Source: Candidatus Daviesbacteria bacterium RIFCSPLOWO2_01_FULL_37_10
Lineage (GTDB): Bacteria > Patescibacteriota > Microgenomatia > Daviesbacterales > UBA10151
Direction: 5' to 3'
Length of the DNA: 57,758 nt
NCBI GenBank assembly: GCA_001776865.1
Contig: MFDK01000036.1
Location: forward strand, 3,942-61,699
The translations under genes were made by a program, and so were the position numbers. Shown in pieces: positions 25,935 through 35,522 of this stretch. How positions within the stretch are numbered: position 1 is the stretch's first letter; each line of letters begins with the position of its first letter. The notes below the pieces were generated by a model that was not told the DNA's origin, did not search any database, and saw only the letters and a list, made by a program, of their open reading frames with translations.

Positions 25935-27451
25935 TAAAATTTTTCCCTTTTTTGAACTACAAACTCACCAATTTTTCTTTCATCGACTACTTTTGTAAAG
26001 TAGTTTTCCTCTTTTAGATACTCATCAATCAAATACTTAGGTACTCCCCTTACTGGTTCTATTATCAAATATCTTAAAGTTGGTAAGTCTTCCTGCGCTT
26101 CTAATACTTTTAAATTTCCATAGAATCCTTCAGCATTCTTACCATTCCAAACCGGGATATATCCATAGGTTTTTTTACCATACCACTCAAAAAGATAGCT
26201 CCATGTGGTATTTATATAAAAAGGCATCGTTACCCCTTTCACAGCAAACACATGTCCATCTGAATCATTATACATATAATCCAAAACTTTTTTTTCATCA
26301 GAGAGCAGCATTCCCTGTTGCACTGTAATTTCTGAAATAGTTCCTTTGGGATTAAACTTCTGTATCAATTGAAAATTACCAAGAAGGATTATCAAAATTA
26401 ATATTATCCCGACAAACTTATTAAATCTATATACACTACTTATTAAAAACGATGTAAATAGAATTAGCGCAATGGATACACCAACATTTGGATAGTAAAG
26501 CGGGGTATTCCCGTTTAAATTTGAAATACCTCCGCTCATTAAAAAAGTTGTAAGAATTGAAAAAAACCAAAGACCTAAAAAAATCATCTCCTTACGATAC
26601 TTTTTATTTTTCACTAGAATTAAAAACACAAAAAATAAAAATATCAGTACTATTCCGGTTGGCAAAAGTTCACCTGTAATATTAAAACTACCCATCCTAA
26701 ATACAGTAAAAAAATAAGTGTTGAATATATTTGCTATCTCTTTTTCTGCCTCACCAACCGAGCTAAGCGTATTAATAGTTCTAAATCCATATTTAAATTC
26801 TGCCAGGACAAAAGAAGATAATGATATAAATAGAACTACCAAAGATGCTGACCATATTTTAATAGGTAACTTGACAAAATAGCTCCTAAAGATCAAGATT
26901 ATTAAAACAAAAGGGATACACAGATACAGTAAAGCGAACTGAAGTTGAATTGAAAATCCTAAACCTAAAGATGCGAGTGGTAAACCAAATCTGTTGTTTC
27001 TAAATATAACCATTGAGAGTCCGGTATATAAAATTAACACGCTTAAAACCGCTAAAGTCGGATTTCCCATATACATTGCAAATTGAGTCTGTTCGAAACT
27101 GGAAGCAAAAATGAGCGCTCCGATAAATCCAACCCTTCTTTCAAAAATAGTCGATCCTATAAAATAGACTAAAAAAATCCCTAAAGCATTAAATATCCTG
27201 AGTGCTGCTGACACAAATTCCGGATTTAAGTTTCCAGAAAAATATAGTGGCGAGAGTATATAATAATATAAGACTCCATGGAACAATCCCGGGACGGAAG
27301 TTGAAGGACCAACTATTTTTATATCTCCCTTAAGTATTTCTTGGACAGCGAAACCATCTCTTGCAGCATCAAATCCAAAGTAAATGTTATCCGGAAAATA
27401 CAAAAACCTCAAAAACAATGCTAAAATAAAAATTACAAAAATTTTTTTCAT
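25934..27451 (-). CDS. GT-C-type polytopic membrane glycosyltransferase (paralogue subfamily)
   Basis: 505 aa. First loop GFDAARD...IVGPSTSVPGLFHGVLYYY. Its stop overlaps the downstream start by 1 nt. Confidence 0.65.
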   Translation of the reverse strand: MKKIFVIFILALFLRFLYFPDNIYFGFDAARDGFAVQEILKGDIKIVGPSTSVPGLFHGVLYYYILSPLYFSGNLNPEFVSAALRIFNALGIFLVYFIGSTIFERRVGFIGALIFASSFEQTQFAMYMGNPTLAVLSVLILYTGLSMVIFRNNRFGLPLASLGLGFSIQLQFALLYLCIPFVLIILIFRSYFVKLPIKIWSASLVVLFISLSSFVLAEFKYGFRTINTLSSVGEAEKEIANIFNTYFFTVFRMGSFNITGELLPTGIVLIFLFFVFLILVKNKKYRKEMIFLGLWFFSILTTFLMSGGISNLNGNTPLYYPNVGVSIALILFTSFLISSVYRFNKFVGIILILIILLGNFQLIQKFNPKGTISEITVQQGMLLSDEKKVLDYMYNDSDGHVFAVKGVTMPFYINTTWSYLFEWYGKKTYGYIPVWNGKNAEGFYGNLKVLEAQEDLPTLRYLIIEPVRGVPKYLIDEYLKEENYFTKVVDERKIGEFVVQKREKF

Positions 27452-27458
27452 TTGTTAA

Positions 27459-29156
27459 TTAAAAATTAGTATCTGTATTAACGAAATTATTGCACTTGCC
27501 GTGTATAAATTGGCTCGCACATTTTAAATTTGGATTTGTTTCGAATCCTTTAAAAATTATCTCCCCTTTCGGACTTTTAATTTCAAATACCTGCCTTAAG
27601 GAATGTTCATTAGCCTGTTGCTGTGAAATAGCAAGCTCATCTCCGACTAATATTTGATTTTTGTAAATGTCTTCTTCCCAATTTATCGTTCTTGTTTCAA
27701 ACCCATTCATTATATAATGATCGTTCCAGCTTGTATTGAGATAATACTTTTTCTTTACGCTCTGGTCAACAGCATCTTGTAAATTTTTAGGAGGAATCTT
27801 TAAATAAAAGGCAAGCTCAATATATGCCGGCTTAATCCTTCCGTTATCAATTAAAAATTTTTTATCCGGGTACTTAGTAATTTCTTTTGCAAGTTCCTGA
27901 AAACCATATCCCCAAATTTTTGCTCTTTCGTTAGGAAGAAGTACCGCCAAAGAACGATAAAGATATAACAACGAAATAGTGATGAAAATAAAAACTACTA
28001 AAATAGCAAATTTCATCCTCCATTGAAAAAATTTATCAAGTCCGAGCGTTATAATAATCATTACAGGAATAAGCAAAGGGAGCGCCCTTTGAGTTGAAAA
28101 AGGATCACCGGTCAATGCAGATGGAACTGGAGCAAGTAGAAACAGCATAATAATAAACTTAGAAGCGCGTAATCTGATTAATTTTATTAAAACAAAAAGC
28201 CCAATTACATAAAATATACTCTCCCAAGAATAAAAAACTGAAATTTCAGGTAATGAGCGCTGTAAATCTGGATCACTTTGAAAAAATAAATTACGCGGTG
28301 AAAAATAAGCCAGGTATTGAGACGTAAACTCTCGAAGAAATGCAATTGGCGCAGATAAAAACACCGGAAGAAAACTTAATTTGTGAATTTGTCTTACTAT
28401 CTCCCCTGAATAAAAAAGTCCAAACCCCCTCGTTATATTAGCCGGAGTAAAAAATGTCAAGACCTGAGGAATTAAAATGAATAAATACATTAAAAAACCA
28501 AATATCAGAATTTTAATATTACTTTTGTTTAAAAAAGTCTTTCGAAAAAGTATTAAAAAACAAACTACCGTAATATGAGAAAGTAGCCTTTCACTATGAT
28601 AAGCATTTGTAGAAAGAGACAAAAAAATAAAACCAGGGATAAGATTTTTGGGGTTGTTAAAACTTAAAACTAAAAACAAAATTCCTAAACTGTATAATAA
28701 AAACGCAAGGTTTATCTCATACCCAATCCTTGAATAAAAAATTGCCCATGGAGAAATTGCAAAAAGAGCCGCACCAGCAAGTACAGCTCTTTTAGTTTTT
28801 AATATATTTAAGGATCTGACAATGAAATAAAAAATTATAATCAAAAAAACTCCGGATACTACAGAAACTAATCTTACCGAAGTTATTGAAAATCCATTGA
28901 AGAATATTACAATAGATGTAAGATATGTATAAAGTGGAGGCGTGTATGATCCAAGAAAGCGGAATGACAGAGGAAAAGACTTACCATATTCATCCCTACC
29001 GGTTTTTAGAATCGACCAGGCGTTTACACCAGTTGATGCTTCATCAACATACAATCCATTCGGGTTTCCCTCTAAATTTGCAAACCTAAGATATGCTCCT
29101 AGGAAAAAAATTAAAATTAATATAACTGTAAACAGTAATTTAATATGCATATGCAA
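27459..29156 (-). CDS. ArnT/PMT-family (GT39/GT83-like) membrane glycosyltransferase
   Basis: 565 aa. Classical first-loop YVDEASTGVNAWS and RDEYG motif, many TM helices and a C-terminal soluble domain. Confidence 0.8.
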   Translation of the reverse strand: MHMHIKLLFTVILILIFFLGAYLRFANLEGNPNGLYVDEASTGVNAWSILKTGRDEYGKSFPLSFRFLGSYTPPLYTYLTSIVIFFNGFSITSVRLVSVVSGVFLIIIFYFIVRSLNILKTKRAVLAGAALFAISPWAIFYSRIGYEINLAFLLYSLGILFLVLSFNNPKNLIPGFIFLSLSTNAYHSERLLSHITVVCFLILFRKTFLNKSNIKILIFGFLMYLFILIPQVLTFFTPANITRGFGLFYSGEIVRQIHKLSFLPVFLSAPIAFLREFTSQYLAYFSPRNLFFQSDPDLQRSLPEISVFYSWESIFYVIGLFVLIKLIRLRASKFIIMLFLLAPVPSALTGDPFSTQRALPLLIPVMIIITLGLDKFFQWRMKFAILVVFIFITISLLYLYRSLAVLLPNERAKIWGYGFQELAKEITKYPDKKFLIDNGRIKPAYIELAFYLKIPPKNLQDAVDQSVKKKYYLNTSWNDHYIMNGFETRTINWEEDIYKNQILVGDELAISQQQANEHSLRQVFEIKSPKGEIIFKGFETNPNLKCASQFIHGKCNNFVNTDTNF

Positions 29157-29811
29157 ATGTTTGGATAATACTTAGTAATATTAAAATACTGGTGCTTATT
29201 AAAATTAGCTTTAACACTTTTCGAGGTAAATATTTTCTTAAATTAAAAAGTTTCATAAAACCAAAAGCTATTAACACAACTATTAATGGGAACATTACAA
29301 AAGGTCCTAGTGAATTTTTGTGTCCAATCACAGAAAACAAAAATATACTTATGCAGAAACTTCCTAAAAATAACCACTTTTTTTGTATTAATAAATAATA
29401 CAAACCAGTGAAAAACGGAAAAATAAAAACAAAAGGGAATTTTTCAAAATCATCTGCCCAAACTCTCTCTCTTGGATGACCGCCAAAAAAATATACATTT
29501 GGATCTATTGTTTCAAAAAAATTTCTCTGAAGTCTATTGGATACGGTATTAAAATCTCCCTCCAAAAAATTTACTAATGCTAATCTCTTAAAGATTACTC
29601 TTACATAATGCTCGCTGGGAGCATAAAACTTTATTCTCTCTTGTTTTATTCGCTGTTCATCATTATCTAGCTGTATCAGAGATTGAAGGGTTGTTGTTTT
29701 CCATTGCAATATTAAAAGTATTAAAAAGGGGATTAAATATAAATTTGAATATTTTTTTTCAAAAACAACGAATCCAAGAAGAAGAGTAGTGAAAATCAAG
29801 AAAATAAACAA
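29140..29811 (-). CDS. Integral membrane protein (223 aa), first gene of the GT-C operon
   Basis: Hydrophobic N- and C-terminal segments. 17 nt overlap with the ArnT-like gene. Confidence 0.5.
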   Translation of the reverse strand: MFIFLIFTTLLLGFVVFEKKYSNLYLIPFLILLILQWKTTTLQSLIQLDNDEQRIKQERIKFYAPSEHYVRVIFKRLALVNFLEGDFNTVSNRLQRNFFETIDPNVYFFGGHPRERVWADDFEKFPFVFIFPFFTGLYYLLIQKKWLFLGSFCISIFLFSVIGHKNSLGPFVMFPLIVVLIAFGFMKLFNLRKYLPRKVLKLILISTSILILLSIIQTFAYAY

Positions 29812-29888
29812 TATCGGGTTGGGTATGAGTATTTTCCATATCCAGGGATTGAAGAATATTACTGCAAATAGTATTAATCTGCTAATTT

Positions 29889-30332
29889 CTAGACTCCTTT
29901 ATACTTTATTGTAGAAAAATGGTAAATTACATCTTTCCCTAGGATTTTCTTATCTACCCCATTTGTATCAGGTAAAATATAAAGCGTATACCCGCTACCC
30001 AAATCTAGAGGCTTTTTGAATTTTATTTTGAATGTTGTTCCTAATTTTTCATCTTCCGGGATAACTTCATGTTCTAATTCCGGATCAAATTTGTGTTTAA
30101 ATTCACTTACAGAAATTATCTTATTAAACTTAATCTCAATAATTTGCGAAGGCATAACAACAGCTCCTTCCAAAGGATCAGGATTTGTTGATATTATTTC
30201 TAATTCATCGTTTACTTGGATTGTTTCGGTTTCCTGCTTAGTTGAGGTACCAATTTTAAACAGGCTAGAAACAAAAATTAAAACTGCTAAAGATAAGACT
30301 ATAACTATCCCAAGTATTATTTGTTTTTTCAT
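29889..30332 (-). CDS. Secreted/membrane-anchored protein with Ig-like (SbsA-type) domain
   Basis: N-terminal TM/signal (IILGIVIVLSLAVLIFV). STNPDPLEGAVVMPSQIIEIKFNK resembles bacterial Ig-like surface domains. I prefer ATG 30332 over GTG 30335. Confidence 0.5.
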   Translation of the reverse strand: MKKQIILGIVIVLSLAVLIFVSSLFKIGTSTKQETETIQVNDELEIISTNPDPLEGAVVMPSQIIEIKFNKIISVSEFKHKFDPELEHEVIPEDEKLGTTFKIKFKKPLDLGSGYTLYILPDTNGVDKKILGKDVIYHFSTIKYKGV

Positions 30333-30390
30333 CACTTAAGAATATAATATCATACTGAAAGAAGATACAATTATATGATACAATCGATCT

Positions 30391-31398
30391 ATGAGTAAAT
30401 CTATTTTAGTTACAGGAGCCGGTGGATATATTGGGTCGGTTGTAACTTATGAACTTTTGAAAAAAGGCTATAAAGTTGTTGCTTTGGATAATTTCTCAAC
30501 AGGATACAAAAAACCTCTTGAATTATTACAGGAAAAATTTGGGAAAGATAGACTTTTGATTTATCCAGCCGACCTTAAGGATGATTTATCTAAAATAATA
30601 AAAGAAAATCCGGATATTTCCGGAGCAATACATTTTGCAGCAAGTTGCCTGGTTAGTGAATCAATGCAGGATCCGGAAAAGTATTTTGATAACAACATTT
30701 CAGGGTCAATTAATTTATTAAAATATCTTTTAGAAGCTGACATAAAAAATCTTGTTTTTTCATCAACTTGTGCAGTTTACGGAGAAGCTAAGTCTGTACC
30801 GGTTAAAGAAGACCGCCCAACAAATCCTGTAAATCCGTATGGACTTTCAAAAAGAATAGTCGAACAGATTATTGGTTGGTATGGGAAACTCTTAGGAATG
30901 AATTTTGTAATACTTCGGTATTTTAATGTTTGCGGTGCATCTGATGATGGGTTAATTGGAGATTCCAAAAATCCGTCTATGCTTTTAGTGCAAAATGCTG
31001 TAAGAGGTGCATTAAAAATTGAGCCATTTTATTTAACATGCCCTGAAGTTGATACTCCGGATAAAACTCCTATAAGGGATTATATTGATGTTGTTGATTT
31101 AGCAGATGCACATATTAAAGCTTTTGAGTATTTAACTCGTGGAGGTAAAAGTGAAATTATAAATATTGGAACAGGAAAAGGATCTTCTGTTTTGGAAATA
31201 GTTGATGCAGTTCAAAAAATTACCGGAGTGAAATTCGAAATCCAAAAGGGCAAGTCAAGAACAGGCGAATATTCAAAAATGATAGCATCAATAAAAACTG
31301 CAAAAGATATGTTAAACTGGGAACCTGGAAGAACTCTGGAAGAATCCATTGAGTCATTAGTTATATGGTACAAATCACACCCAAGCGGATGGGATTAG
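30391..31398 (+). CDS. galE: UDP-glucose 4-epimerase
   Basis: VTGAGGYIGS, SSTCAVYGE, YGLSKRIVEQ (YxxxK) and LRYFNVCGA motifs. Confidence 0.92.
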   Translation: MSKSILVTGAGGYIGSVVTYELLKKGYKVVALDNFSTGYKKPLELLQEKFGKDRLLIYPADLKDDLSKIIKENPDISGAIHFAASCLVSESMQDPEKYFDNNISGSINLLKYLLEADIKNLVFSSTCAVYGEAKSVPVKEDRPTNPVNPYGLSKRIVEQIIGWYGKLLGMNFVILRYFNVCGASDDGLIGDSKNPSMLLVQNAVRGALKIEPFYLTCPEVDTPDKTPIRDYIDVVDLADAHIKAFEYLTRGGKSEIINIGTGKGSSVLEIVDAVQKITGVKFEIQKGKSRTGEYSKMIASIKTAKDMLNWEPGRTLEESIESLVIWYKSHPSGWD

Positions 31399-32618
31399 TC
31401 ATTACCAAAAGATGCCAGTGGGATAGTCTTTATCTTCTTACCTTTTTTCATTGCATTTATTGCACTGCTATAGCAAAATAATCTTCTTTCTGGTATTGGA
31501 TTCCAACCTCTCCCATCAGAATTTTCAGCAAGCATCAAAGACTTCCAGGCTTCGTTTAGAAGCTGCCTTTGAGCTTTGGTATCATACCCAAGCTTATCTA
31601 AAGTATCTAACTGAATCTCGTTTTGCGTTAGAAGATTCGCTGCCTCGGAACAGAGTATATTAAGCCTTTCATTATCAGGATCTTTTGTCCAAATATTTAA
31701 ATTTTCATGGTCTCCGCCGTTTTTTAAATACAACTCTCTACTAATTTTATTTTTAGATAAATATTCTTTAGGAGTAGTAAATTCAAACTTTCCGGTTTCT
31801 ATTATTTTGTTACAATATCCTTCCATCCAAACAGGATCTATTGGTTTATGACCTTCAAAGCTAAAATGGCCCATGAATTCCAAATCGCTTGGTCCAAGAA
31901 AAATAAACGGAGTATCTCCTGCAGTTAATTTATCTAAAATATCCAGATAATCCACCCAGCTTATTTTATTTTCGTAAAGTTCATGCAATTTTTCAATGGA
32001 AAATTTATCAAACGTTCCGAATCCGTAAATATACGACTGGTTCGCGCCGATAACTTTAATCGGATGAACTATTTCTTTATAAAAGTTAGGATTTTTTGCA
32101 ATATCCTCATTTATTAAAGGATTTTTTAATTCGTTATTCAATTTTCCGTGTGAACTATTTACAAGTTGCGTCCCATGAACAGGCACCCATTTATACCCCA
32201 ATTCAGAAAGTAGTGAAACAATCGATGCGTCGAAGAAATATTCTTGAGGAAAGAATCCTGAAGGTTTAAATTTTAAATCCCCGAATAACTTTTCAGATAT
32301 TTCATTAAAATAAACAATTTGCCTCTTTGCATTTTCCAAAGGAATAAGCGGAAGAATCGGATTTGCATAAGTACCCCCAAGGATTTCTACATTTCCATTG
32401 ATCAAAAGTCTTCTGATTTTTTCTAAAATTAAAGGGTAATCTTTTGCAAAAATTTCTAAGGTGACACCAGAAAAATCAATTATAGATTTTATTTTAGGAC
32501 TTCTTATTAATAAATCAAGCGTTGGAATATAGCTTTTTTTAACTATATTTTCTATTTCAGATGTTGGAATTTCAGCGTATTGTAGATTTGCGTGCAAAAT
32601 AAGACATACTGGTATCAT
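31395..32618 (-). CDS. Glycoside hydrolase family 57-like protein
   Basis: The layout LILHANLQY...DFSGVTLEIF...NGNVEILGGTYANPILPLIP...FFPQEYFF...GYKWVPV parallels GH57 enzymes such as 4-alpha-glucanotransferases. Judged by eye only. Confidence 0.55.
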   Translation of the reverse strand: MIPVCLILHANLQYAEIPTSEIENIVKKSYIPTLDLLIRSPKIKSIIDFSGVTLEIFAKDYPLILEKIRRLLINGNVEILGGTYANPILPLIPLENAKRQIVYFNEISEKLFGDLKFKPSGFFPQEYFFDASIVSLLSELGYKWVPVHGTQLVNSSHGKLNNELKNPLINEDIAKNPNFYKEIVHPIKVIGANQSYIYGFGTFDKFSIEKLHELYENKISWVDYLDILDKLTAGDTPFIFLGPSDLEFMGHFSFEGHKPIDPVWMEGYCNKIIETGKFEFTTPKEYLSKNKISRELYLKNGGDHENLNIWTKDPDNERLNILCSEAANLLTQNEIQLDTLDKLGYDTKAQRQLLNEAWKSLMLAENSDGRGWNPIPERRLFCYSSAINAMKKGKKIKTIPLASFGND

Positions 32619-32650
32619 ACTTACAACTACGATAAAATGTTACGATATAT

Positions 32651-34153
32651 ATGTCAATGTTTAAAAATATTATACAGTTTATTATTAGGCATAAACTTTT
32701 ACTTTTAATTCTAATAATTGCCTTATTTTTTAGAACATATGCAGTTGTCGAAAGATTTGAATACGCTCACGATGCAGATTTGTTTTCATGGATAGTTAAA
32801 GATATTGTTGTAAATCACCATTCAAGATTAATCGGACAGTTAACCAGTGCTAATGGTATATACATCGGGTCGTTTTTTTATTATTTGCTAATTCCATTTT
32901 TTTGGCTAACACATATGGATCCTATTGGTTCAATAGTTCCCATTACTATTATAGGCATGTCCACAGTTTTTAGTTACTGGTGGGTATTTAAGAAACTCTT
33001 TAATCCAACAATCGGATTTATTGCAGCATTTTTATACGGTACACTTTTATGGACAGTACAATTCGACCGGCATGTATACCCAAGTACCCTCTCTAATATC
33101 TGGACAATCTGGTTTTTTTATGTAGTTATTTCAATAAGTAGAGGAAAATACCAGGTGCTACCAATCCTTGGAATTTTAATTGGACTGGTTTGGCATATAC
33201 ACATTGCCTTAGCTCCAACACTTCTAACCATACCAGTAGCAGCTATGCTGTCACTAAAAGTACCCAATATAAAACAGCTTTTTTTATTTTTTCTTACGCT
33301 TGTTATCACTTCCGTTCCGCTAATTATCTTTGAAACAAGACATAATTTTATCCAAACGATTTCTCTCTTTAATAATTTCTCAGTTGATCACGGAGGAGGA
33401 AGTGGACTGCCTAAACTTAACTTAATTTTAATAAAACTAAGCAGTAATATTCAAAATCTTATATTCTACCCGAGTACACAAAATATAGTTCCGCCAATTT
33501 TGATTCTTACAGGAATTCTACTTTCAGGCATTTTCATAGTTAAAAAAAAGTTAATGCATTTTAAGGAATTAATTCCATTATATGTTTGGATTACTGGTGT
33601 TGTTTTATTTTTCACCTTCTCCTCAACTATTATCTCTGAGTATTATTTTGCAAATGTCGAAGTAGTATTTATAGGAATACTCTCAATGCTTACTTATTTA
33701 GTGTTCAAATCATCAAACGCCGGTAAATACTTTATCCTTACCTTATTGTCCGTTATTTTAATAAAGAACTTTATTTTTTTCATTACACAAGATTATTACA
33801 ATAAAGGGTATCTCGAGAGAAAAGGGGTAGTTGAATTTATTTCAAAAGATTCAAAAGAAAAAGGGTTCTCCTGTATCGCCGTATCTTACATTACCACCCC
33901 TGGAGAAAATGTCGGATTCAGATATTTTTTTTATCTGAAAAATCTGCATGTGAACCAACCCTGGAGCGGAAGTCCTGTTTATTCAGTCGTCTTACCGGAT
34001 GAATTGGCCGCTGGAGACAACGAAGTACTGTTTGGACATATTAAGGTTATTCCTCCGAATTCTAATCAAATAAAATCTCCCGAGGAAATAAAGAGAAGCT
34101 GCAGCGGGCAAAACTCAAACCTCACAGATCCATTATTTGGATATACCGAATAG
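32651..34153 (+). CDS. GT-C-type polytopic membrane glycosyltransferase (paralogue subfamily)
   Basis: 500 aa. First loop AHDAD...LIGQLTSANGIYIGSFFYY. More than 10 TM helices and a C-terminal soluble domain. Confidence 0.65.
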   Translation: MSMFKNIIQFIIRHKLLLLILIIALFFRTYAVVERFEYAHDADLFSWIVKDIVVNHHSRLIGQLTSANGIYIGSFFYYLLIPFFWLTHMDPIGSIVPITIIGMSTVFSYWWVFKKLFNPTIGFIAAFLYGTLLWTVQFDRHVYPSTLSNIWTIWFFYVVISISRGKYQVLPILGILIGLVWHIHIALAPTLLTIPVAAMLSLKVPNIKQLFLFFLTLVITSVPLIIFETRHNFIQTISLFNNFSVDHGGGSGLPKLNLILIKLSSNIQNLIFYPSTQNIVPPILILTGILLSGIFIVKKKLMHFKELIPLYVWITGVVLFFTFSSTIISEYYFANVEVVFIGILSMLTYLVFKSSNAGKYFILTLLSVILIKNFIFFITQDYYNKGYLERKGVVEFISKDSKEKGFSCIAVSYITTPGENVGFRYFFYLKNLHVNQPWSGSPVYSVVLPDELAAGDNEVLFGHIKVIPPNSNQIKSPEEIKRSCSGQNSNLTDPLFGYTE

Positions 34154-35029
34154 ATTCAGAAGGGAGTTTAGAAAGCTTTGAAATAAATTAATTCCTTCTG
34201 TCAATACTCCTGACTGTGTTGATGAAGTAGCTTCAGGGGTTGGTTCTAATGTGGGTTCCAGACTACCTGACGGAGACGCAGGAATTCCGGAGGGAGTTGC
34301 AGACTCAGTAGCGGAATCCGTGGAAACAGGAAGCCTTCTGAATATTCCTGTTGCCTTTCCGGGAATGACATGCACTCTTCTTGCCAGAATTCCACTACCT
34401 GTTGCCTCACCCACTGCAGCAATTCTATTCCCCACATTAACATCTGCAATCGAACCGTCCTCTATTCCTTTAATCTTAAACAGGGTTGCAGAATCTGTAA
34501 ATACAATATTAGTCCTATCCCTGTGAATTTGGTGAGCAATATTTATTGTACTACCGTCAATACTTAAGACCACACCTTGTATTGCTCTCCTTTTTGATTG
34601 TCCGGAAGTAGTAGCTTCTTTAACAAAAATCTTCAGAACTTTACCTATCTTCCCTTCTTTTCTACCTGCGCTATCAGTACTTACAAGTGCAACTGTATCA
34701 TCTTTTCTAATAGAAGAGGTACTACCCTTACCTCTATTTATTGAAGAACCTCTGTTATTCTGATGAATAACTTCTGTATCCTCATCAACATCAGCTTCTA
34801 TTTTTTTATTTGTCTTATTCTCTTCAATTGTAATTTTGTTTGGATTTACTTCTTTAACTTCACCTACAGAAGCATTTCCATGAGAGTTAGATGAAGGATT
34901 ACTGTTTGAATTGCCACCAGCATTCCCGGAATTTGAATTTTCTGATTTTGCGTATGCACTTCCTGCAAATAGCACAAAAGTTAAAATTACAGAAATAATT
35001 ATTTTATCCATATTAGTTTGAACTATCAT
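34133..35029 (-). CDS. Secreted protein with low-complexity N- and C-terminal regions
   Basis: Signal peptide (IIISVILTFVLFAGSAYA), an N/S/G-rich tract, two repeated beta-rich modules and a P/S/T-rich tail. Possibly DUF5666-like, but I cannot confirm that. Confidence 0.5.
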   Translation of the reverse strand: MIVQTNMDKIIISVILTFVLFAGSAYAKSENSNSGNAGGNSNSNPSSNSHGNASVGEVKEVNPNKITIEENKTNKKIEADVDEDTEVIHQNNRGSSINRGKGSTSSIRKDDTVALVSTDSAGRKEGKIGKVLKIFVKEATTSGQSKRRAIQGVVLSIDGSTINIAHQIHRDRTNIVFTDSATLFKIKGIEDGSIADVNVGNRIAAVGEATGSGILARRVHVIPGKATGIFRRLPVSTDSATESATPSGIPASPSGSLEPTLEPTPEATSSTQSGVLTEGINLFQSFLNSLLNLFGISK

Positions 35030-35414
35030 TAACTACATCTAAAGCTAGCGTTTTCTCGTCTCCGTTTTCAGCAAAAGCAGTTACTGTCAATGTATTTATC
35101 CCCCCTGCAAGCATAATTTCACCTTCAAAATTTCCATATAAGTCAGCCTCCACAGAGTTTTCATTTTCATCAGTATAGATAACTACTGTTGCATTTGGGG
35201 ATGTTTTCCCTTTAACTAAAATTTTATTATTAACAGTTATTGTTCCTGAATTTGGACTTTCCAAGGTAAGCTGGAGGAGGGAAGTTTGAAATGTTGGAAT
35301 AGCAGGTGCCTGATAAGTAGATTTATAATAAATAACAGCAAATATTCCTAAAGCTAGTAAAACTAAAACTAGAGCTATAATTGGAACAACTCCCTTTTCA
35401 TTATTCTTTCCCAT
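35013..35414 (-). CDS. Membrane-anchored Ig-like domain protein (133 aa)
   Basis: N-terminal TM (VVPIIALVLVLLALGIFAVIYY) followed by a beta-rich domain. 17 nt overlap with the downstream gene. Confidence 0.5.
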   Translation of the reverse strand: MGKNNEKGVVPIIALVLVLLALGIFAVIYYKSTYQAPAIPTFQTSLLQLTLESPNSGTITVNNKILVKGKTSPNATVVIYTDENENSVEADLYGNFEGEIMLAGGINTLTVTAFAENGDEKTLALDVVNDSSN

Positions 35415-35522
35415 TAATTATTTATCCCACAGTATATAGTACCTTGTCAATCCTTCGGCTTTGATTTGGGTAATTCCATTTGATGCAGAAAGAACCCTAG
35501 TGTGTTAAATTAAAAATACAAT

